From NCBI GenBank assembly GCA_964368355.1, contig CAYJAO010000001.1:1-30573 (forward strand): a stretch of 30,573 nt of DNA, read 5' to 3'. The position numbers were made by a program, and so were the translations under genes. This stretch comes from an uncultured Lachnospiraceae bacterium (lineage in GTDB: Bacteria > Bacillota > Clostridia > Christensenellales > UBA1242). The notes below the pieces were generated by a model, which was not told the origin of the DNA, made no database searches, and worked only from the letters and a program-made list of their open reading frames with translations. Below, piece by piece: positions 9,570 through 15,815 of this stretch; position 1 is the first letter of the stretch, and each line of letters starts with the position of its first letter.

Positions 9570-9596
9570 TTTGACCCACAATTTGACCCACAATTT
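9570..9596. repeat. 12-bp tandem direct repeat (TTTGACCCACAA x2) resembling tyrosine-integrase arm sites
   Basis: tttgacccacaa-tttgacccacaa-ttt, about 75 bp beyond the tRNA-Leu 3' end. Confidence 0.75.
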
Positions 9597-9636
9597 TAAT
9601 CAAAAATAGGTTATTTTAAGGTGCCTATGGAAAAAC

Positions 9637-9659
9637 AAAAAAAAGGCTACATAGCCTTT
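9637..9659 (-). terminator. Terminator of tRNA-Leu
   Basis: Minus strand AAAGGCT-atgt-AGCCTTT followed by a T-run. Confidence 0.75.
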
Positions 9660-9668
9660 AAATACTGA

Positions 9669-9753
9669 TGGTGCGGACGCCGGGACTTGAACCCGGACAG
9701 AGTTACCTACAAGATCCTTAGTCTTGCGCGTCTGCCAATTCCGCCACGACCGC
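9669..9753 (-). tRNA. tRNA-Leu, anticodon AAG (A34), CCA encoded
   Basis: GCGGTCG TG GCGGAATTGGCAGACGC G CAAGA CT-AAG-GA TCTTG TAGGTAACTCTGT CCGGG TTCAAGT CCCGG CGTCCGC A CCA. Long variable arm, A73, A15/U48, typical of Leu. One U5.U68 acceptor mismatch. Confidence 0.9.
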
Positions 9754-9755
9754 AC

Positions 9756-9949
9756 GTTTTCATTTGTTCCCCACTATATTCTTCGTTGCAAGACGTAAGC
9801 ATCTTGTACTGCATTTGCGAAAAGCAACATTAACAATTATATATATAATTTGTTTAGCGTGATGCTTTTCTTAATCCGGGCTTTTGCTATGCAACGCCCG
9901 TTGTCGCTAAAAACTTGCCCATTGGGGCAACTTTTCTTAACGCTCCAAC
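9756..9949. other. 194-bp hairpin-rich spacer between the tRNA-Leu gene and its duplicated 5' half (possible miniature element)
   Basis: Hairpins at 9789-9806, 9877-9900 and 9915-9930; perfect palindrome AATTATATATATAATT at 9835-9850; 10-bp direct repeat CTTTTCTTAA at 9865-9874 and 9931-9940. Confidence 0.6.
9909..9930 (-). terminator. Terminator-like hairpin downstream of the tRNA half-copy
   Basis: Minus strand TTGCCC-caat-GGGCAA-G-TTTTT. Confidence 0.5.
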
Positions 9950-9989
9950 CCTTAGTCTTGCGCGTCTGCCAATTCCGCCACGACCGCAC
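9950..9989 (-). pseudogene. Duplicated 5' half of tRNA-Leu(AAG), ending after G37
   Basis: 40 bp identical to 9716-9755 (offset 234); the sequence diverges directly after CTAAGG. Confidence 0.9.
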
Positions 9990-10048
9990 ATGTGTAAACC
10001 TTAAATAATTGGCATAACTTTAAGATTGTTGCTTTTTCAAGCATGTGT

Positions 10049-10077
10049 AATATACCATACAAACTGTATACTGTCAA
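10049..10077 (-). promoter_or_regulatory. Strong sigma70 promoter of the tRNA-Leu locus
   Basis: Minus strand TTGACA (10077-10072), 17 nt, TG-g-TATATT (10054-10049), with an AT-rich upstream region. Confidence 0.8.
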
Positions 10078-10210
10078 CTAATTTTAAAAAAATCTTATAT
10101 TTTTAATAAAAAAATCATGTCTACATTATATAATTCATCATCTATTAATAATGGCGATTTGTTTGATTGATAGAATTAATAAAATATATCATTAAGATAT
10201 GATTAATGCT

Positions 10211-10561
10211 TTATTTAAATCCTAAACTTATTAATAATGCCATATTCACGCTTCTCATTTTTGCGACATCAAGTTCGGAGATTTTTTCTTGCAATCTACG
10301 CTTGTCCAGCGTCCTTACTTGTTCCAATAATATAACACTATCTCTTGGCAGATTGTAATCAATAGCGCATAATTCAACATGTGTTGGTATCTTTGCTTTG
10401 CTTAATTGGCTTGTTATTGCCGCAACAATTACCGTCGGGCTGTATTTATTTCCCACATCATTTTGGATAATTAAAACTGGACGAACGCCACCTTGCTCAC
10501 TCCCCACAACTGGACTGAGATCGGCATAGTATATTTCTCCACGTTTAATTTGATTCTCCAA
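10211..10561 (-). CDS. mazF: MazF/PemK-family mRNA interferase (EndoA/NdoA-like toxin)
   Basis: [46 protein letters not shown] and [17 protein letters not shown]; TTG start with AAGGA 8 nt upstream. Confidence 0.95.
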   Translation of the reverse strand: MENQIKRGEIYYADLSPVVGSEQGGVRPVLIIQNDVGNKYSPTVIVAAITSQLSKAKIPTHVELCAIDYNLPRDSVILLEQVRTLDKRRLQEKISELDVAKMRSVNMALLISLGFK

Positions 10562-10799
10562 ATTTTAAATCCTTTTCGTAATTTAGGTAGTTCAGTTCGA
10601 TATTGTCGTAATCTTCAAGTTCTTTCATTGCTCGCAAATAAGCGGGGCATAGGTAAGCATCTCGTACTAAACTATCCTTCACTGTCATATTATGCAAATC
10701 ATCTCTATATTCGTTCAGGGTTGAAGAAGGTAACTTTAATAATTCTTCGTTGTATTTTCCCCAATTTATTTCATTAGTTTTATTATTCTTTTTGCTCAT
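10545..10799 (-). CDS. Putative antitoxin (84 aa, acidic C-terminus, no recognisable DNA-binding fold)
   Basis: Lies upstream of mazF and overlaps it by 17 nt; ATG with GGGAG SD. Function inferred from position only. Confidence 0.6.
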   Translation of the reverse strand: MSKKNNKTNEINWGKYNEELLKLPSSTLNEYRDDLHNMTVKDSLVRDAYLCPAYLRAMKELEDYDNIELNYLNYEKDLKFGESN

Positions 10800-10919
10800 A
10801 AATTATCTCCCAAAATATATTTTTTAAACTTATGTATAAATAGAGTGCGAAAAAAAAGAAAGTTTATACAAAACTTTAATTAATATCGTATCGTTTGCAA
10901 TTATATTAGACTAAGGTTA

Positions 10920-10957
10920 ATTATATTGTTTGCTTTGTGACATGCTAATTGTCACAA
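10920..10957 (-). promoter_or_regulatory. Candidate promoter of the toxin-antitoxin operon with a palindrome straddling the -35 box
   Basis: Minus strand TTAGCA (10948-10943), 17 nt, TATAAT (10925-10920); TTGTGACA-N7-TGTCACAA at 10935-10957. Confidence 0.5.
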
Positions 10958-11036
10958 CAGCGTACTACATTTTTAAAAAAATGGGAGGCAAATACTTCAG
11001 TGCTGAGATATTTACTCGATAAAGTTTGAAGATAAA

Positions 11037-11062
11037 TAAAAAAAGAGTTTACTAACTCTCTT
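11037..11062 (-). terminator. Terminator of tRNA-Trp
   Basis: Minus strand AGAGT-tagtaa-ACTCT followed by a T-run. Confidence 0.6.
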
Positions 11063-11070
11063 AATCTAAC

Positions 11071-11144
11071 TGGCAGGCGAGGTAGGAATCGAACCCACAT
11101 CAATGGTTTTGGAGACCATAGTTCTGCCGTTGAACTACTCGCCT
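11071..11144 (-). tRNA. tRNA-Trp, anticodon CCA
   Basis: AGGCGAG TA GTTC AACGGCA GAAC T ATGGT CT-CCA-AA ACCAT TGAT GTGGG TTCGATT CCTAC CTCGCCT G CCA. Confidence 0.97.
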
Positions 11145-11168
11145 ATATCTATGCTTAAAAGCATAGAA

Positions 11169-11197
11169 AATATATCATATACACTAAATAATGTCAA
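11169..11197 (-). promoter_or_regulatory. sigma70 promoter of tRNA-Trp
   Basis: TTGACA (11197-11192), 17 nt, TG-a-TATATT (11174-11169). Confidence 0.8.
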
Positions 11198-11200
11198 TTG

Positions 11201-12163
11201 TTATTTATTATTATCTTTTGTATTTTTTTGATTTGATTTGTTTTCTTTTTTATCAACAGCAATTTTTGGTTTTTTCTCTGCGCGGTTTTTATCACTTTTT
11301 GTTTTTCCAAGAGAAACGGTAATTTTGTTTCCTTCATATTTTATGTTATTTGCAATAAGTCTGAGATTAAAATATTCGTTTGGATTAATTCCACGCTTTT
11401 TTTTCTTGTAATCTCTGACAAGAATGTATATTAATAATGCAAAACCTATACAAGCAGAGATAATGCTAGTTAACTGAGAGAAGGGCAGAGAACCTATTAA
11501 CATTTGGTCAGTACGGAAAGTTTCAATGACAGAACGCACAACACCATACCACATCAAATAGCCAGATAATATAAGCCCGCGTTTTTTGGATTTGTAAAGT
11601 AAGAATACTAATACAGCAAAACCAATTGTATTTAAAATGGCTTCATACAAGAATGTTGCAAGGAAAAAATGCCCGTTGATTTCCACAGAGAAAGGCAAGC
11701 CAAAATATTTTGGATCAAATATTTCCCAGCCATGTGCTTCTTTATTGATGAAGTTTCCCCAACGGCCAGTACTTTGTGCTAAGATTAGCGCAGGGGCAAT
11801 AACATCGCAGACTGAAAGGAAATCTTTTTTGTGTATAAGGCAGCATAGTGTAACGCCAATTGCGCCACCTATAACGCCACCCCAAATAGACATTCCACCT
11901 TCCCAAATTTTAAAAGCATCAACAAATGAATATGTTATTCCGCTAGGATTGAATAGAACATAGAAAACTCTTGCTCCAATAACCGCAAAGGGCAGAGTGT
12001 ACAAAGCAACGGTTAAAAGGTCGGTGCTTTTTAATGCTCTACGTTTTGCAAAGAAATAGCAAAGGACAACTCCTAATGCCATAGAACACGCCATAATTAA
12101 GCCGTACCAAGCGACATGTACATTTCCAATATAGAAACCGGGATTCACTGATAAAAAATTCAT
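11201..12163 (-). CDS. lgt: Prolipoprotein diacylglyceryl transferase with a basic C-terminal tail
   Basis: VAWYGLI, GARVFYV, WEGGMS, AQSTGRWGNFINKE, FLYE, RSVIETFR; multiple TM segments. Confidence 0.93.
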   Translation of the reverse strand: MNFLSVNPGFYIGNVHVAWYGLIMACSMALGVVLCYFFAKRRALKSTDLLTVALYTLPFAVIGARVFYVLFNPSGITYSFVDAFKIWEGGMSIWGGVIGGAIGVTLCCLIHKKDFLSVCDVIAPALILAQSTGRWGNFINKEAHGWEIFDPKYFGLPFSVEINGHFFLATFLYEAILNTIGFAVLVFLLYKSKKRGLILSGYLMWYGVVRSVIETFRTDQMLIGSLPFSQLTSIISACIGFALLIYILVRDYKKKKRGINPNEYFNLRLIANNIKYEGNKITVSLGKTKSDKNRAEKKPKIAVDKKENKSNQKNTKDNNK

Positions 12164-12169
12164 AAGTCT

Positions 12170-12198
12170 ATTGTTGCACTTTTTTATTGTTTTTGCAA
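12170..12198 (-). promoter_or_regulatory. Candidate promoter of lgt
   Basis: TTGCAA (12198-12193), 17 nt, TG-c-AACAAT (12175-12170); ATG is 6 nt downstream. Confidence 0.45.
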
Positions 12199-12200
12199 AT

Positions 12201-12231
12201 AAAAAATCACTATTTCAAATAGTGATTTTTT
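12201..12231. terminator. Bidirectional terminator between the orphan gene and lgt
   Basis: Perfect 14-bp inverted repeat AAAAAATCACTATT-tca-AATAGTGATTTTTT. Confidence 0.85.
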
Positions 12232-12246
12232 TAGATGAGATATTCA

Positions 12247-14289
12247 TTATTCCATTGCTTTCCCACCGCCTATTGAACTATCGTGAGGTGGTTTTGATAG
12301 TTCGGAAGGTGCTACTTCAATTTCATGAGAAAGGCTAGAAGATGTAGAGGCTGCCGGTGCTGGTGTGTTAGTAGAGTCATCAATTAACCTATTGATAAAA
12401 GTTTCTGCTACGCTAGGCTTTTTGATAAACTTTTGCGCTGTATTTAGATATAGATTTTGTGCTGTTAAGAGAGATTCTAGTTCTAGATCGGTACTATAAT
12501 TTGTACTTGTTGTTTTGGTTGTACTTCTGGTGCAGTGGGCTGCTCTTGTTATTGTGACTCGCGAAACAATTTCAATTGATTTATCGTCTTTTTGAGTCAC
12601 TGTTGGAAGTGCTCTTATAATATTTGCTTCAATGTATTTCATTGCTTCTGCATTATCAAATCCGGCAGATATTGTGTGGGATTTTTCGTTTTCCCCTTGC
12701 CCATTTACAAATGTTACAGTCAAATAATGTGTTTCTTTTTCTAATGCAGGGTACATTGTGCTTACTTCATCAAAATACATTTCTATATTCTTCTTAAGCT
12801 TTTTATTTTCTAATTCTGCAAGTGATACGAATCTTTCAGGGAAAAGTGGAATAATACCATCAACTCCGTTTACAAAGATCTGATTATTTTTGCCGTAGTA
12901 TCTTGAATCATTAGGAAATTCAACAGCTTTCAATAGATTCACAGATTGATTTGATAAACAAGTTGCCCTGCTTGTCCTTTCGCTTAAACTTGATCTTGCG
13001 TAACGATTGAGCCCTCTCATCAAATTCAAATAATTTTTTTGATTTAATCCAAGAGTATTGTCAGCAAAATATTGCTTATTTGCGCTAAAGAATTTATTTG
13101 CCGACCAAACTGCGCGTCGAGAATAAGTTCTTAAAAATTGCATCTTTTGCTCATTGGTTATTTTTTGCCCAGCAGTGGTTATTGCATAAACTTTTTTTTC
13201 AAGAGCATTAAGACGTTTTTTGTTTATATTTATCGAAGGGCTATTCAAATATTTGTTGTTACCTAAACGATAATTTGCGCGGAAAGTATCTAATCTTTTA
13301 ATAGTATCATTCTTTCTATTTAATGCTTTTTGCTTGAGAGCCTTAGCGTTTGTTGCTTTTTTTACAATTCTGTTTGCCACTCTGGATAAGCGTCTTGCTG
13401 ACCAAGTTTTCTTATTGCCAGTTGCTAATCTTGTTCCTGCAATTCTCATACCGCGACCTCTTGACAGTCCTCTTTTTGCAATTAAAGCAGCTGCGCCGGC
13501 AGCAATCGCTGCGACCGCTGCAAGACTAGCGATTATACTATATGTCTTTGCTTGAGAATTTTCCGAATTTGCAGGTGTTGGAACAATAAAATCATCTTTT
13601 GGAGCAGGATTGTCTTCAGAAGGTTTGTTGTCACCTGCATTTAAATCGTCAATATTTTGTTTTGCATTGGAAAATACAGTATAAGCCCTGAGCCAGTAAT
13701 TCATATCCGTTGCAAACTGGGGATTATTTAATTGTATAATGTAATTCGCTATCGAGTTATTATTTGGGTTGGCGATTGCGTCATCTAACAATGCTTTCAC
13801 TTCTTCTTTTGTATCAAAATCGTTTATAAGAAGGTTGAATTCGGGATCATTTTCAGCGGCGCTTAATAAAACATTTTGTGCGTTTAACACTGCCATATCG
13901 ACCCATTCATCTGGAGTCTTTTGGGTATATTCAATTTCATTAATTTCGCTGTTTGTTTCAGTTAAACTCTCGTCTATTCTATCAAGGATTGCGGAAATAG
14001 AATCGGAAACCGAAGCATCTTTTTCAGTTTCTTCTGCTTGATTTTCCTCTGCAATAGCATAAGTATCTTTTTCAGTTATGGAATAACCGTTCATAGCATA
14101 CTTTGGGCCGACTTCTACAGATGTCGAATATGTGGTTTTTGCACCAGCACTTATCGCGTCTTTAACTTCTGCTGGCGATATTTCTTTGTTAGCATTCCTA
14201 GCAGCATTTGCACTAATAACACCGATCGCAAGAGCTATAAAACTACCACTCAATGCTGTACCTGTCTTTATAATTCGTTTTTTATCCAT
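12247..14289 (-). CDS. Hypothetical 680-aa protein: signal peptide, acidic domain, single TM, very basic domain
   Basis: Long ORF with AAGGAG SD, its own promoter and terminator. N-terminal MDKKRIIK plus hydrophobic stretch and ANA-A site; TM about aa 250-271. No family recognised. Confidence 0.8.
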   Translation of the reverse strand: MDKKRIIKTGTALSGSFIALAIGVISANAARNANKEISPAEVKDAISAGAKTTYSTSVEVGPKYAMNGYSITEKDTYAIAEENQAEETEKDASVSDSISAILDRIDESLTETNSEINEIEYTQKTPDEWVDMAVLNAQNVLLSAAENDPEFNLLINDFDTKEEVKALLDDAIANPNNNSIANYIIQLNNPQFATDMNYWLRAYTVFSNAKQNIDDLNAGDNKPSEDNPAPKDDFIVPTPANSENSQAKTYSIIASLAAVAAIAAGAAALIAKRGLSRGRGMRIAGTRLATGNKKTWSARRLSRVANRIVKKATNAKALKQKALNRKNDTIKRLDTFRANYRLGNNKYLNSPSININKKRLNALEKKVYAITTAGQKITNEQKMQFLRTYSRRAVWSANKFFSANKQYFADNTLGLNQKNYLNLMRGLNRYARSSLSERTSRATCLSNQSVNLLKAVEFPNDSRYYGKNNQIFVNGVDGIIPLFPERFVSLAELENKKLKKNIEMYFDEVSTMYPALEKETHYLTVTFVNGQGENEKSHTISAGFDNAEAMKYIEANIIRALPTVTQKDDKSIEIVSRVTITRAAHCTRSTTKTTSTNYSTDLELESLLTAQNLYLNTAQKFIKKPSVAETFINRLIDDSTNTPAPAASTSSSLSHEIEVAPSELSKPPHDSSIGGGKAME

Positions 14290-14330
14290 TTTTTCTCCTT
14301 ATCTTTAAGGTTTTTCTTTTAATTCGATTT

Positions 14331-14359
14331 ATTATAACCTAGGCGGATTTGTTTGTCAA
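14331..14359 (-). promoter_or_regulatory. Perfect-consensus sigma70 promoter of the 680-aa gene
   Basis: TTGACA (14359-14354), 17 nt, TATAAT (14336-14331). Confidence 0.85.
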
Positions 14360-14431
14360 TAGTAAATTCAAAATTTTTCTTTTATACATATTATTATATA
14401 TAAATATCTTAAAACCATAAAATATAATAGG

Positions 14432-14451
14432 GAATTTTTGGTCAAAAATTC
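14432..14451. repeat. Perfect 9-bp inverted repeat between the divergent promoters
   Basis: GAATTTTTG-gt-CAAAAATTC. Confidence 0.6.
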
Positions 14452-14530
14452 GAATAAAGAACATAAAAGAAAATCGTCTCAAACGCAGTGTTTTATTTTT
14501 AAAAAAATCGAAAAATTTTTCAAAAAACAG

Positions 14531-14559
14531 TTGACAAGATGTTTTGTTTAGTGTAATAT
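14531..14559 (+). promoter_or_regulatory. S10 operon promoter
   Basis: TTGACA (14531-14536), 17 nt, TAATAT (14554-14559), with an A/T-tract upstream. Confidence 0.75.
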
Positions 14560-14842
14560 ATCCATGCTGACTAGCAGGGTTTGACATGTAAGGTTACTTA
14601 TTTAGACTAATGCGAGCGTCTAAGAAGAGAATTTACATTGACAAGTTTCAACAAGATTGAAGCGTCCCCGCAAAAAAAGCGAATTTTTTTTGGCTAACAG
14701 CATGATACACACGGAATAGTTGTAGAGACTCGATTGAAGTTAAGTCAACGATATGTTGAAACTGGTTTTAAGCGAGTTAAAATTATGTAAAGTGGCTATC
14801 AATAAAGGGGAAAATTAGTATAAGACAGGAGGATATAAAATA
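14560..14842 (+). promoter_or_regulatory. Long structured 5' leader of rpsJ (candidate ribosomal-protein leader)
   Basis: About 280 nt with helices ATGTAA/TTACAT, TTAGAC/GTCTAA, AGTTTCAACA/TGTTGAAACT and CATGCTG/CAGCATG. Confidence 0.55.
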
Positions 14843-15151
14843 ATGGCATCGCAAAAAATCAGAATTAAATTAAAAGCCTATGACCACGTTTTACTTGATT
14901 TGGCTTGTGCAAAAATAATTGACACAGCAAACAAGAATGGTTCAAAAGTCGCTGGGCCTATTCCACTTCCAACAGATAGAGAAGTGGTCACAGTCATTCG
15001 TTCACCACATAAACACAAAGACAGCCGTGAGCAATTTGAATGCAAAACGCACAAAAGAATGATTGACATATATAGTCCAACACAAAAAGCGGTTGATTCT
15101 CTTATGAGATTAGATTTGCCAGCAGGTGTTGACGTAAATATTAAATTATAA
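14843..15151 (+). CDS. rpsJ: 30S ribosomal protein S10
   Basis: [32 protein letters not shown]. Confidence 0.98.
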   Translation: MASQKIRIKLKAYDHVLLDLACAKIIDTANKNGSKVAGPIPLPTDREVVTVIRSPHKHKDSREQFECKTHKRMIDIYSPTQKAVDSLMRLDLPAGVDVNIKL

Positions 15152-15169
15152 GGAGAGAAGATATAAAAT

Positions 15170-15802
15170 ATGAAAAAAGCAATCTTAGGTAAGAAACTCG
15201 GCATGACACAGATCTTCACACCCGACGGTTTAGTAATACCAGTCACAGTTGTTGAAGCAGGTCCATGTTTCGTAGTACAAAAGAAAACAAACGAAAAAGA
15301 TGGTTATAGCGCATTAGTTGTTGCTTACAACCAAACAAAAGAATCTCGTTTAAATAAAGCGCAACTTGGAATATTGAAAAAAGCCAATGTTGCACCAGCA
15401 AAAGTTTTAAGAGAATTCAAATTTGAAAATGTTGCAGATTATGAAATAGGCAATGAAATTAAAGCAGACATATTTAATGAAAACGATATAGTCGACATTT
15501 CTGGAACTTCACGTGGTCGTGGATTTACAGGAAATATTCAAAGATGGAACACACACAGACTAAAAATGACGCACGGTGTGGGCCCTGTTCATAGAGAAGT
15601 TGGTTCTATGGGCGCAAACAGTACGCCATCGAGAGTTTTCAAAAACAAGAAAATGCCAGGTCACTATGGCTCAGAAGCAGTGACAATTCAAAATCTTGAA
15701 GTTGTTAAGGTTGACGCGGACAGAAACATTCTTTTAATTAAAGGTTGCGTCCCAGGTCCTAAAGGGTCAATAGTAACAATAAGAGAAGCAGTAAAGGCTT
15801 AA
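15170..15802 (+). CDS. rplC: 50S ribosomal protein L3
   Basis: GKKLGMTQIF, IPVTVVEAGPC, RVFKNKKMPG. Confidence 0.98.
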   Translation: MKKAILGKKLGMTQIFTPDGLVIPVTVVEAGPCFVVQKKTNEKDGYSALVVAYNQTKESRLNKAQLGILKKANVAPAKVLREFKFENVADYEIGNEIKADIFNENDIVDISGTSRGRGFTGNIQRWNTHRLKMTHGVGPVHREVGSMGANSTPSRVFKNKKMPGHYGSEAVTIQNLEVVKVDADRNILLIKGCVPGPKGSIVTIREAVKA

Positions 15803-15815
15803 GGAGGAAAGAGTT

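Noticed and set aside
9570-9596. CRISPR array
   Set aside because: Only two adjacent 12-bp units, with no spacers and no cas genes.
9715-9722. Reading the anticodon as UAA or UAG
   Set aside because: Shifting the register breaks the CAAGA/TCTTG stem and removes U33; the loop is CT-AAG-GA in both copies.
9716-9989. Group I intron in the tRNA-Leu anticodon loop
   Set aside because: The spacer is followed by a complete tRNA rather than a 3' exon. GAAGAATATAGTGG only loosely resembles the S element, and no P7 pairing or terminal G context was found.
9989-10050. 9-bp direct repeat CATGTGTAA (9989-9997 and 10042-10050) in the tRNA leader
   Set aside because: Too short to interpret and no supporting feature; noted only as a possible duplication scar.
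10493-10777. Plus-strand 94-aa ORF overlapping the toxin-antitoxin genes
   Set aside because: Antisense shadow of two better-supported genes; no SD and no recognisable motif.
11880-11910. Lgt motif variant GGMSIWGG (His replaced) as a sign of inactivation
   Set aside because: This position varies among Bacillota Lgt proteins, and the GRWGNF, LYE and RxxxExxR motifs are intact.
14200-14289. The 680-aa orphan as a lipoprotein or sortase substrate because it neighbours lgt
   Set aside because: No Cys lipobox in the signal peptide, no LPxTG before the TM, about 400 aa follow the TM, and a strong terminator separates it from lgt.
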